Source of the DNA: Pedobacter sp.
GTDB taxonomy: Bacteria; Desulfobacterota; Desulfuromonadia; Desulfuromonadales; Syntrophotaleaceae
Direction: 5' to 3'
Assembly (NCBI GenBank): GCA_050253415.1
Contig: JBFWJC010000001.1
Coordinates: 512,001 to 576,000, forward strand
Length of the DNA stretch: 64,000 nt
Positions 27,439 to 36,960 of the stretch are shown here, piece by piece. A program made the translations under genes and the position numbers. The number at the start of each line of letters is the position of its first letter. Position 1 is the stretch's first letter. The notes under the pieces are model-generated. The model did no database searches. It worked only from the letters and a program-made list of their open reading frames with translations, and was not told the DNA's origin.

Positions 27439-27921
27439 TTATTTCCCGCAGCATTTCTTGTACTTCTTGCCGCTGCCGCAACTGCAGGGATCGTTACGAC
27501 CGATCTTGGTGACGCTGAGCGGCTGCGCCTTGACCATGATCCCCTCGACAAACCCCCACTTTTTATTTTTGCGTTTGAACTGACCGCGTTCGTGGTGGCT
27601 GTGTATACCGGTTTTATCGCGAAAGCGGGCGATAAATTCGACCTCGCCTTCGTCGTCCTTCGGGCCGCCGTCGGTGGTGCCGACAATCTGCAGGCCGTGC
27701 CATTCGGATTCCTCGGCCCAGGTCTTGGTCGCCTTGTGATCGTACCCCTCGCGGTGGTCGGGGTGGGTGCTGTCATAAAGAAAATCGACATCGACCTTTA
27801 CGTGGGCAGAGTAGCGCGCACGCATCAGTTGTTCCGCCGTTTCGGCTGATTTCTTACCGGTGATGATCGGTTCGCAGCAGGCAGCGTAGTCGTTGCCGCT
27901 GCCGCAGGGACAGCTGTTCAT
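27439..27921 (-). CDS. YchJ family protein with SEC-C motifs
   Basis: [18 protein letters not shown] and [18 protein letters not shown]. Confidence 0.92.
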   Translation of the reverse strand: MNSCPCGSGNDYAACCEPIITGKKSAETAEQLMRARYSAHVKVDVDFLYDSTHPDHREGYDHKATKTWAEESEWHGLQIVGTTDGGPKDDEGEVEFIARFRDKTGIHSHHERGQFKRKNKKWGFVEGIMVKAQPLSVTKIGRNDPCSCGSGKKYKKCCGK

Positions 27922-28087
27922 GGTGATTCTCCTTCGCGGATCGGATTCTGAAATTTGCTGAAGTCTATTCATCCGCGGGCAGAGTGTCAAGACAGTCTTG
28001 AGCAAGTGCGCATTGTAGTTGTTCTATAAAATCCGATGCCATAAAGGGTGAAGTCGTCACTGCAAGGCCTTGTGGCACCGCTGACAT

Positions 28088-28981
28088 TTAATAAACCCCG
28101 GAATAGACCAACTCGATCCAGCGATCTCCGGTGAAGAGCCCATGACCCCAGGTTTCTTCCAGATCGGCCAGAGGTTTTGCGGCAACCGCTTCCTGGACGG
28201 TTTTGCCTGCCATTTGCAGGTTTTTCAACCGGTCATAGGCGGTTTTCAGCATCTGATGGTAGTTTGCCAGCTGTGCTTTGCCCGCCAGTGGGCCATGCCC
28301 CGGGATAATCCGGGTTTGGTCATTCGCCAGTGAAAGAAGCTGTTCTACCGCCTTGATCATTCCTTTGACCGAACCGCCATGGCTGACATCGATAAACGGA
28401 TAGAAACCGTTGAAGAAAATATCGCCGGTATGGATGACATTGGCGGATTTGAAATGGATAAAGCTGTCGCCATCGGTATGGGCGTGGGGCACATGGATGG
28501 CGTGGACGGTTTCACCGTTGAGATGAAAATTGAGATCCGTGGAAAAGGTTACCACAGGCAGGCCCTCAGGGGTTGCAGCCGCACTTTTCATCTTGAACGG
28601 GGCGAGATACGAGCCGGTTCGTAAACGCTCACGGACATTGTCGTGTGAAAAAATCAGGCTGCCGCTGTGCCCCAGATGCTCGTTTCCGCCAGTGTGGTCG
28701 GCATGATAGTGGGTGTTGATAAGAAACTTCGGTTCCTCGCCACCGGCCGATTTGATCGCAGCAACGATCTTCTCCGTGAGGGGGGCATACTGGTCGTCGA
28801 TCAGAAAGGTGCCATCCTCGCCGATAAACAGGCCTATATTGCCACCCTCGCCGGTTAGCATGTAAATGTTTCCGGTGACCGGCACGGTGCTGATTGCCGC
28901 TTCGTCAGCCGCTGCGCCGGTAGCGAGAAGCGTCAGTCCTGTCGCCATAACCGTTAATGTGGTGAATAATTTGCTGATCAT
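28088..28981 (-). CDS. Exported MBL-fold metallo-hydrolase (cyclase-like)
   Basis: Signal peptide; THYHADHTGGN, HTDGD, TGD and PGHG. Confidence 0.9.
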   Translation of the reverse strand: MISKLFTTLTVMATGLTLLATGAAADEAAISTVPVTGNIYMLTGEGGNIGLFIGEDGTFLIDDQYAPLTEKIVAAIKSAGGEEPKFLINTHYHADHTGGNEHLGHSGSLIFSHDNVRERLRTGSYLAPFKMKSAAATPEGLPVVTFSTDLNFHLNGETVHAIHVPHAHTDGDSFIHFKSANVIHTGDIFFNGFYPFIDVSHGGSVKGMIKAVEQLLSLANDQTRIIPGHGPLAGKAQLANYHQMLKTAYDRLKNLQMAGKTVQEAVAAKPLADLEETWGHGLFTGDRWIELVYSGVY

Positions 28982-29181
28982 GGTTTTTCTCCCTTGTTTC
29001 AGATGTATCTGTTACCCGGGGTTCCAGGTATTGGCCTGATTCCCGGCAGGTTTATAGACGCCAGTATAACCCAAGTCCCGGGTGAGGATGTATTGAAATT
29101 AGAATAAATACAAAAACAGAAGGCGGTCTGGAAGAATGAACAGGGGCGGGAATGAACAAGCAGCACGTGTCGAGCAGCCAT

Positions 29182-29217
29182 AAAAAACGGCTCTCCTTTT
29201 GGGAAGAGCCGTTTTTA
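29182..29217. terminator. Bidirectional terminator
   Basis: aaaaaacggctct...agagccgttttt. Confidence 0.65.
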
Positions 29218-29244
29218 AAGTTTAACGGTTGCCGGTCTGTAAAG

Positions 29245-30588
29245 TTAATGCAGGCATTGAAACAGGCCCATGGCCCACTGGCACGCACCGCAGGGTTCCG
29301 GGTGGGTATAGCAGTCAAACTCGAAGTCTTCATCCTGCAGCAGATCACAGGGGGCTACACCGCAATTGCTGCAGTAAGGATAATCGAAGGCATGGACGTT
29401 CTCGCGGAAGCTGCGAAACGCCTCGTCGTTCCAGATATCCAGCAACGGCCGTTCGCTGACGTTGCCGAAGATCTTGGGTTTTACCAGCCGATCCCAGTCG
29501 TTGATGAAACAACGGAATTGGTGCCAGAGAAAATAACAGGGGTGCACCGCGCCGTCCCAGGAGATGAAGGCTCCGCCATCTTCCACGAAGTCGCATTTGC
29601 GTTCGTGGCGGGGAACCGCCGCCGGCAAACTCAGTTCGATGCCCAGGTCTTTGGCTAATTGCTCCGCCTCATCAAACAAGGCCTGCAACTGTTCCGCCTT
29701 TTCGGCTCCGCGCTCCAGCAGGCGAGGAACGTCGAGAAAAACATCTTTTTTCCGTGCGTCGGCCCGCATCTGATCGACCAGTTCCATCATGCGGGCAAGC
29801 TTGGGATCCAGGCCCGGTAAAAACCGACCCATTTCCCAGCGGGAATTATAATCGCGCACATCGAGCCCCATTTCGGCGATTTTATCCCGCCAATAGGTGA
29901 AGATCTTCACGGCCTCGTCGGTCGAATTGTCGTAGGCGAGTTGGTCCATAGCGGAAGTATCGTAAGCCGAGGCCTGGGTGACGAGCATGAAATCGGCGCC
30001 CCGGTCCGCGACCCAGCGCAGGGTGTCCAACAGCTGTTGTTTGTTTTCCTCCATCAGAACGAATTCGACGCCGATCTTCAGCCGGGTATCGGGCTGGCGT
30101 TTACGGGCGTTGGCCAAAAAGGCAAAGGCTTTCTCCATGTCGCTGAGATCTTCCCCTTCGCGTACTTTGCTGAACGTGTCGGGTTTGACCCCGTCCACCG
30201 ACAGGCAGAGGCGGTCAAGGCCGGAGGCCACCAGATCCCGTGCCCAATCTGCGTCGAGCAGCAGGCCGTTGGACTGAAAACCGATCCAGGATTTTTCCGG
30301 CATGGCGCGCCGGGCCCGATGGATAAAATCGAGCAAATGGGGGTGCATCAGCGACTCACCGATACCGTTGAGCAGCAGGGCTTCGAGGTGAGGAAAGACC
30401 GGTTCCAGAGCGCTGAAGGTCTCTTCGGTCATATCGCCATCGATGATATTGCTGTCGGCGGACTGTTTGACGCACATCGGGCAACGCAGGTTACAGAAAG
30501 TCGTGGTTTCAACGAACAGTTTGCTCGGATAAGGCCTTAAAGGCGCTGGTAACGCGTCTGAAGGCTGCGAGGAGGTTTGCGGACTCAT
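29245..30588 (-). CDS. Radical SAM/SPASM domain protein (Geobacter-type putative metalloenzyme maturase)
   Basis: CNLRCPMC; SPASM region CDFV...VHPCYFLWH...CSNCGVAPC...CGACQW...QC. Confidence 0.85.
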   Translation of the reverse strand: MSPQTSSQPSDALPAPLRPYPSKLFVETTTFCNLRCPMCVKQSADSNIIDGDMTEETFSALEPVFPHLEALLLNGIGESLMHPHLLDFIHRARRAMPEKSWIGFQSNGLLLDADWARDLVASGLDRLCLSVDGVKPDTFSKVREGEDLSDMEKAFAFLANARKRQPDTRLKIGVEFVLMEENKQQLLDTLRWVADRGADFMLVTQASAYDTSAMDQLAYDNSTDEAVKIFTYWRDKIAEMGLDVRDYNSRWEMGRFLPGLDPKLARMMELVDQMRADARKKDVFLDVPRLLERGAEKAEQLQALFDEAEQLAKDLGIELSLPAAVPRHERKCDFVEDGGAFISWDGAVHPCYFLWHQFRCFINDWDRLVKPKIFGNVSERPLLDIWNDEAFRSFRENVHAFDYPYCSNCGVAPCDLLQDEDFEFDCYTHPEPCGACQWAMGLFQCLH

Positions 30589-30902
30589 GATTGCTCCGGA
30601 TATGTCGGGGATTTTATGGTGAGTTGAATTCGGGGGCATTTTACAGCGACTCCATGCATAACAAGGGCGCACCCTAACACAAAATCGGAGGTCCTGACAC
30701 CCCCCAATCGGGCCGACATGCGTATACATGAGGGTTGCCGGGGTGATCGGGAGAAATGACCTGTAACAACTGATACGTTAGTTCAGAAAAGATGATAAAG
30801 GGTGGATAGCGAAGACAAGCCGTGTGCTTAGAGTGATGAAAAATGTAGCTGGAAGGCTCCTCGATATCCGAGGGCGCTTTTCCGTTTTTATGCTTGTTAT
30901 TT

Positions 30903-31148
30903 TTACCTATTATTGATGGAAGCCAGCCCCATATCCTCGGTAAACGGAACCTCATTTGTGCCGTATCTGGCCATGGACGAACAAAGAACGAAGCGCTTGA
31001 CGCCACCGGCCGTTGCCGCGGACACAACTCCAGTGGTAGCTGTGACAACATTGCGGGTGACCAGATGTGGGCTGAATACGAAGAGCCCCTCCGCCATCTG
31101 AGATCGGCAGGAATTGTGGGTACTCAAAAATAGCACTCTGGTCTTCAT
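30903..31148 (-). pseudogene. Chimeric remnant: arsC/LMW-PTP N-terminus fused to an epimerase fragment
   Basis: VLFLSTHNSCRSQMAEG (P-loop with Cys to Ser), then FSPHLVTRNVV...VPFTEDM, matching 10586-10749. Confidence 0.75.
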
Positions 31149-31588
31149 ACAAATAATTCTTTCGGTAATTTAGACTCTTTTGGGTAAAGGGTTTGCTTGG
31201 TTTAATATGCGTGACATAAGACATACTGTAGCTTTCTGAAACAAAGCCCAAGGAGCCCAAGCAATTTCCGAGCGGTCTTTTATGCAGAGCAAGACAGCAA
31301 AATATCCCGAAATTTCAATAAAAAGAGTCGGATCGGTGAAGAAAAATCTACACGTCAACCGATTCATCCATGCGCTGAAGATGTTCAATTCCAAGTTGAT
31401 TGCCGCCATAAGAAAAGCCGCCAGGCATGCTGGCAATGTCATCTCGATTTTTGTCTTAAAATGGTTTCTAATCGTTGGTTAGTTTTTTTATAAGTCAAAA
31501 ATTCCTAGATAATCTAATACTGAAACTTGGGGTAAGAGCACGGAATAAAACACGGATTGTTGGTTCAATGCCGGCGAGTATTTGAAGT

Positions 31589-31620
31589 AAAAAAGGGTGC
31601 CCCTTCCGCAAGGGGCACCC
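31589..31620 (-). terminator. Intrinsic terminator
   Basis: aaaaaagggtgcccctt-ccgc-aaggggcaccc. Confidence 0.7.
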
Positions 31621-31739
31621 CGATACGGGAAACGCTCATTTTTAGGCATGGGAGGAATAGAGGCGCTTCCCTGTATAATGCTGATGTTGTGTAACCCTCG
31701 ACTTGTCCGTGTCGAGTAGGTTTTTTCCAGTTATTGTGG

Positions 31740-32117
31740 CTAACACTCGCAGGTTTTTGCAGGGAGGAGGCGTTCTGCCGCATACTCGGTGATGTCATCG
31801 ATGAAGTGTAAGAAGAGGTCATTTGAACCTGCCAACGGAATCCAATTCACTTCCCCGACTATACCCGCGTGCTCTATGTAAGCGACCGCACGCACCGCTG
31901 CCCCCTCCTGCAGCGCCTTGTCCGCTGCACAACCTTCGTGGTGTTTTTTCTCTCCGAGGTCGATGCATCTCACTCCAACAGGGTAGCCAGCAGCTTGGCC
32001 GGCTTTGTTGACTTCGAGGATGGTTTTGTCCTTCTGTATCAACATGACCGGTGCCGGGTAGTTGCCCCAGAAAAGGTGAAAGTTTTTGCGAATTTCCTCG
32101 TTGATTTGGATGTTCAT
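31740..32117 (-). CDS. Small stand-alone PAS-like, Cys-containing protein
   Basis: AAGGAG RBS; PAPVMLI...ILEVNKA PAS-like start; three Cys-bearing segments. Confidence 0.7.
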   Translation of the reverse strand: MNIQINEEIRKNFHLFWGNYPAPVMLIQKDKTILEVNKAGQAAGYPVGVRCIDLGEKKHHEGCAADKALQEGAAVRAVAYIEHAGIVGEVNWIPLAGSNDLFLHFIDDITEYAAERLLPAKTCEC

Positions 32118-32198
32118 GTCTAATTCTCCTTGTGATTGTTATTTGCTTTGCGTTGGAATATCAAAACGCTACCTTGGCAATGAGGCTAATTTTACGTG

Positions 32199-32861
32199 CT
32201 AAACAAGCAGGTCTTCGTAAAATGCACCAATAGTATTCTCGGAATTGCGGATATGGACTTCTACGATCCAGATATTGGCTGAGGGGTGAAATGCGATTTC
32301 GTGCAAAGGTCCCTCGTAGTGTTCAGCGCTGGAGTAGTCCCCCAAGCGATGACCGCCGAGATCGAGGTTCAGCTCCCACCCAAGATCCTTCGCCATTTTC
32401 TGTGCGAAATCGTACAATTCGACACCGGTCGTTTTATGCATTTTCCACTTTGCCGCAACGGCTTCGAAAATCTTTTTGGCGTCAACCGCGCAACGTTTCA
32501 TTTCCGGATTGCTCCCGGTGACAAATGTGTCGCCTGCGTCGCCTTCATACCCATCCCAGACGGGGGCGATATCAATGAAGAAGATATCATTCTCGCCTAA
32601 ACGAACTCCCGGAACGGAATCAGCGCCAAAGGTGATGGTGGTGTTGCTGCCAAAACGGATGTAAGGCTAGTGAAAAGCTTTCTTTGCCCCCATGTCCAGC
32701 AATGTTTCCACAACCATTTTGTTGGCATCCTCTTCGAGCATCCCAACCTTGACCTGGGCGGCGATCCGCTCAACCGCCTGCTGTGCCCTTGCTCTGATTT
32801 CGAGCATTTTCTCCACTGAAAAGTCGCCCTTGGTCCTTTCAACTACCGCCTTCTCATGCAT
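32199..32861 (-). pseudogene. M24 family metallopeptidase-like gene interrupted by an in-frame TAG
   Basis: One frame over 221 codons, with TAG at 32667-32669 (KAFH*PYIRFG). DIAP..EGDAGDT, GHRL, EVH and YEDLL metal-ligand motifs lie downstream. Confidence 0.8.
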
Positions 32862-33013
32862 AGTCAGAATCTCCCCTTTAAGTGGTTTGCCTCGTTCCTA
32901 ATGCCATCGTCGATCGATTTGAAGGTTTTTCGGCAGTGAATGACGTCAGCCGGTCAGGTGTGAGGTATGCGAGTAGACTATTGTGTGAATATGGGGCAGG
33001 CAATACACCGCTT

Positions 33014-33043
33014 GTCAACGGTCAGTATAGGCAGGTGAACGGT
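33014..33043 (-). promoter_or_regulatory. Putative LytTR binding site
   Basis: Minus strand ACCGTTCAC-N12-ACCGTTGAC; the second repeat overlaps TTGACA. Confidence 0.7.
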
Positions 33044-33063
33044 AATTCGAGGGGTACAGGGGA

Positions 33064-33768
33064 TTATTTGAGTCTGACTCGGGTGAGAAATTCCCGAGTC
33101 CGTTGCCGGCTCACGGGGAGGAGGCGGTCACTGCCAACCATCTGGAGGCTGACCGTGTTACCGCTCCGCACCACCTTCTGCACCTTTTCAAGGTTGACCA
33201 GGTAACTTCGATGAATGCGGAAAAAGCGCTCTCGGCTCAGCCCCGCCTCCAACACGCCGAGGGACAGGTCGCAGAAGAACTCACCGTCAACGGTTAATAC
33301 CTGAGAATAGATGTTTTCCGCCTTGATAAAAACGATTTCCTCGGGGGCGATCAGTAGAATTTCGCCGCCGGCGCTGACAGGGACTTTGATGAAGCCATGT
33401 TGGGGGGTAGAGATTAACGCAGTGATATCATAGATCAGGCAGCAGTGGAGTGATTTTGCCAGCTTTTGGTCGAGGAGCGGTATCATCTTTAGCATCACAA
33501 AGATTTCGCGGGAGCCACTCATGCGTCTGACAGACATGGATGCCTGGCGGGAAGGGTCGAGTGCCATCGCCACCAACTCCTGTAGTTTCTCGCCGGCCGG
33601 CCCACGGTGCATTTCCAGCAGATTCTGTTCAAGGATTTGCTCGTGCGGCGTTTCGGCAAAGATACGCATCAATGCCCAGTTAATATGGCTCACCTGGAAA
33701 TTGTTGTCGAACAGAATTATCCCCGGTTCCGTGCGCTTCAGCAGGTTTTGTATGTTGTGTTGGTCCAT
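33064..33768 (-). CDS. PAS-like + LytTR one-component transcriptional regulator
   Basis: IVFIKAE, FFRIHRSYLVN and PVSR. N-terminal PAS-like region; no receiver domain. Confidence 0.88.
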   Translation of the reverse strand: MDQHNIQNLLKRTEPGIILFDNNFQVSHINWALMRIFAETPHEQILEQNLLEMHRGPAGEKLQELVAMALDPSRQASMSVRRMSGSREIFVMLKMIPLLDQKLAKSLHCCLIYDITALISTPQHGFIKVPVSAGGEILLIAPEEIVFIKAENIYSQVLTVDGEFFCDLSLGVLEAGLSRERFFRIHRSYLVNLEKVQKVVRSGNTVSLQMVGSDRLLPVSRQRTREFLTRVRLK

Positions 33769-33839
33769 GATGCCTCACAATTCGTGATATCTTGGAAGGT
33801 CCTTGAAATCACGCTGGAAAATTACTTTCGTAGTAAACT

Positions 33840-33933
33840 TAACAGAAACCGGCTGCGTTGGCCAGCGCATTGCCGACGTTTTGCCGTCTCCCCCGGTTTC
33901 CACGTAGTTATACACCGCTCGGCATCTATCCAT
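33840..33933 (-). pseudogene. Second degraded copy of a transposase-like C-terminus
   Basis: Translates to RAVYNYVETGGDGKTSAMR, similar to RVNYNYLKVGADKKTPAKR in the adjacent remnant. Confidence 0.45.
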
Positions 33934-33987
33934 TCCTCGGAAGTTGTTCTGGATAGTGTTGCCTCCGAGCTTTAAGCCTTTCGGGGG

Positions 33988-34401
33988 TCACGTTATTAAC
34001 CCCCTATCTTCATTCGCAGTGTTATTGCTGAAGTTCACGATATCCCCAAGACGGATGTTGCTCTTTGCTAGGCCCAAACGCTTCGCAGGGGTTTTCTTAT
34101 CCGCACCTACCTTTAGGTAATTGTAGTTGACACGATAGATATCGAGAAGCATGGCAGCAATCTCGGGTTTGTAAGGATTTTTCTGATACCATTTTCGGCC
34201 TGTATTGCTGGATGAGCTGGGCGCTCTGGCCAGCAAGGAGATGCTGTTTCTGACCTGTGCAAAAAACCGGTCAATTCCATGCAGACTTGCTTTATCGAAG
34301 AGCGTTGCCAAGTGTTCTTCTTCGTAATCATTAAAGTCAGGTAGGTGGCAAACTTGTTTTTCCGGTTCCCTCTTGATGCGGTTCGGCACCTCAACCCACA
34401 T
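33988..34401 (-). mobile_element. Truncated transposase / insertion-element-like protein (C-terminal part)
   Basis: IDRFF..VR, YNY...KKTPAKRLGLA tail typical of DDE transposases; N-terminus missing. Confidence 0.55.
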
Positions 34402-34420
34402 GCTCTGGCCTTTGCTTCAA

Positions 34421-34932
34421 CCTCCTCCCGACCTTCCTCACTGAAAAATCTGTGATCCAGCGTTGCGTCCACGGAAGTGCTGACGCTGCCGCTGTAGAGA
34501 GTTTTATTCAGGGCTTCGGTATCACGGTTGAGGCGGTCCAGGTCATCGGAGTGCTCCAGATCTCCGATTTGCACATCGCCTTTTCCCAGGGTAGCCAAGA
34601 CCTTGGAGCTGGAATACCCCATGGCGTTACCCAGCGAAAGTGATGACGAATTTACTTTTGGAATCGAATCGGTGACGATTGGTCGGGGATCTTTGGCCGT
34701 TCCAAACCCTATGTTGGTGCCTATATTGAAATGAGTATTTGAGCTATAGGTAGAGTCGGTACTGTTGGCAAAGGTCAGGGTGCCGGTTTCAAGCGTTAAT
34801 TGTTCATTGTCGATAAAGGCACCTTTTCCGTCCATTTGTCCCGCAGCAAGTAATGCGCCTTTTATGTGGGTGTTGCCGCCGACTTCGACATGGACGTTCT
34901 CGCCTGTCAAGGACGTCAGTAGGGTCTGTTTG
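34421..34932 (-). repeat. Orphan duplicate of the tpsA/cdiA pre-toxin region (other copy ~41300-41812)
   Basis: QTLLTSLTGENVHVEVGGNTH...SVSTSVDATLDHRFFSEEGR aligns directly with tpsA at the DNA and protein level. Confidence 0.9.
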
Positions 34933-34986
34933 CCAGTGTGTGGGGTTGGGGAGCAAGTTAACTTGCTCCGACTCCAATTGCCCACC

Positions 34987-35790
34987 TTACCATTTGGGAA
35001 TCTCATATTCCTTATCGTACAACAGCCCTTTTTGTTTCATCATGGGGGCGTTGAAGTGGATGATTTTTAGCGACCGCAACATAAACGCCAGGGACTGTTT
35101 AAACTCCTGCTCGACATCGGCTTGAGACTGTCGAATGCCGAATTTTTCGCCATCGATGACGGTCTCCTCGCTGGAACCCGGATGGTAGAAATAAAAAGCG
35201 CTGCTACGGAAAACCCGCGGGTTTTCCTGCAGGTCATAATAGGCACAATAGGTCTTATAAAACTTTGTGATTCCGCCGGGTAGCCAAGTGCCGCCTACGC
35301 CTCTTGAATAGCTCACGCTGGTGCATTTCATCCCATGCACATAATCAACCCAACATTTGCGGCCGAACGTACGGGTTTCCAGGTCGTTTTCGATCTGCCA
35401 TGCATTGGGCAGTTTTTTCTGGTCCTCTTCCAGTGATGCCAGGGCGGTTGGGTCAAGCATGGTTTCGCCCTTTGGGTTGCGGGACGGGTAGTCGAAAAAA
35501 TCAATATCCAGTTTTGAGTGTGACAAGAACTTTATTACGGATATGTTTGCCACTATATCATGTGCGTAATGATAAGAAAGATCGTATAAATGGGGTTCGC
35601 TAACGGCTTCGTCAACAGCAATAACCGCGTCCTGGAGGACGGTCCAGCCTTTTTGCTCGGGCAGTTGTATGGAAATGGACTTGTCGGCATTCAGGAGGAC
35701 TTCATGGGGGTTTCCTTCCCTGTAGAACGATTTGAGGCTGCAACCCACAACCAATGTCACGGCAAAAATGCCAACGAGGATATATCTCAT
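34987..35790 (-). CDS. Lipoprotein, candidate immunity protein (paralog of 36961-37764)
   Basis: Lipobox LVVGC; ATGA overlap with the upstream toxin-tip ORF. Confidence 0.8.
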   Translation of the reverse strand: MRYILVGIFAVTLVVGCSLKSFYREGNPHEVLLNADKSISIQLPEQKGWTVLQDAVIAVDEAVSEPHLYDLSYHYAHDIVANISVIKFLSHSKLDIDFFDYPSRNPKGETMLDPTALASLEEDQKKLPNAWQIENDLETRTFGRKCWVDYVHGMKCTSVSYSRGVGGTWLPGGITKFYKTYCAYYDLQENPRVFRSSAFYFYHPGSSEETVIDGEKFGIRQSQADVEQEFKQSLAFMLRSLKIIHFNAPMMKQKGLLYDKEYEIPKW

Positions 35791-36341
35791 GGTTTGTCTC
35801 CGCAAACCGCCGGGGGCTTGCATTCGTAGTTGCTGTGCGGGGAGCTGCTTGTCATAAGTTTGTAGAAATTAAAAAGATTGAAGCGATCGATGATGGAAGC
35901 TTGACCATCGAGGCCTTTATTTCCCCCCAGCCCTTCTCCTACAAAATCGTCTTCGTTGGTGAAGGTGGCTGAAAGTTTAATGCCTGCTTTCTTTAATGCT
36001 CTTTGCAGATCTACAACATTGACCGGCGAGCCATAGGCGCTGGCGGTGTGATCTTCAATTGCATACTCAGAGCTCGGCATCGCCCCGGTCTTTTGTAATT
36101 CGGCAATATATTTTGCTCCCGACGTAGCCAAAAGTGCCCCCTGAGAGTGAATGGCAGTATTTGCCCCCTCCTTTCCTCGTGCAGTTTTCACTTCCTCATT
36201 GAATAGGCCTGTTTGCTTTGCCATGCCGGTTGTTCCTCCAAGTTTATCAACGCCACATTCAAGAAGATTGGCAAAAACCCCGTAGGTTGGATTGTAATTG
36301 AGTGTGAATTCTGTGGGTTTGAATTGGCAATGGCCTGCCAA
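35787..36341 (-). pseudogene. Orphan toxin C-terminal module, alpha/beta-hydrolase-like
   Basis: LNYNPT.G, AIHSQGA, AYGSP, DDFVG and SSPH. No TPS body and no convincing start. Confidence 0.6.
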
Positions 36342-36402
36342 AGAGGATTATTTATGCCATTTTATATGCCTTGAAAGGATGCCTTATCTTTAGATATACA
36401 GG

Positions 36403-36870
36403 CTACTTAATCGTATTAAAGCAATTTTCATTGCCATAGAAATATGCTTTTGTATAGTTTGTTTCTGTATTGTGTCTAACGACAACAGATATCCCAGAAG
36501 TTTTATCCAATCTTTTAGAGTTTGGGTCATTGAAAACCCATACTTCATACCATACCGGTGGATCATGCTTTACAATTCTAAATTCCTTCAATGAATCTTT
36601 TTCAAACCCACAGTTAGAGCTAAAAGCTTCAAAAATAGTATCTTTAAACTGATCATGAAATGCGGATTCCCCAACAGTGCCAGCCCAAACAGGGAACTCC
36701 ATGCTGGTTTTGCCATCACCATGATCAGTAAATTTTGTTCTTATTGGAGAGTATTTGGCTTCTTGTTCTGCATTAATTTCTTCAACGTACTTTTTTAAAT
36801 CTGACGTGGTTGAGCAGCCAGATAGTGCAAAAACCGTGAGAAAGCTTGCAATAAATATCAATTTCCTCAT
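36403..36870 (-). CDS. Lipoprotein, candidate immunity protein (paralog of 39291-39725)
   Basis: AGGAGG RBS; lipobox ALSGC; shared VWAG, WYEVW and DKTSG motifs. Confidence 0.8.
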   Translation of the reverse strand: MRKLIFIASFLTVFALSGCSTTSDLKKYVEEINAEQEAKYSPIRTKFTDHGDGKTSMEFPVWAGTVGESAFHDQFKDTIFEAFSSNCGFEKDSLKEFRIVKHDPPVWYEVWVFNDPNSKRLDKTSGISVVVRHNTETNYTKAYFYGNENCFNTIK

Positions 36871-36960
36871 AACGCCTCCTATAACAAAAGCATGGTTATC
36901 AGGGCGGGGGGGCAGTCATGGTTTCGCCGGATTGCGCTCATGCTGAATGTCCGCTCAGAT

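Noticed and set aside
31529..31570. Tn3-like terminal repeat (GGGGTAAGAGCA...)
   Set aside because: No partner repeat, transposase or resolvase in the window.
34113..35006. 297-aa ORF as an intact gene
   Set aside because: Composite of the tpsA duplicate and out-of-frame transposase-like sequence; no plausible start.
36871..36960. Integron attC sites between the lipoprotein genes
   Set aside because: A GTTA-like word is present, but there are no consistent paired core/inverse-core boxes and no integrase.
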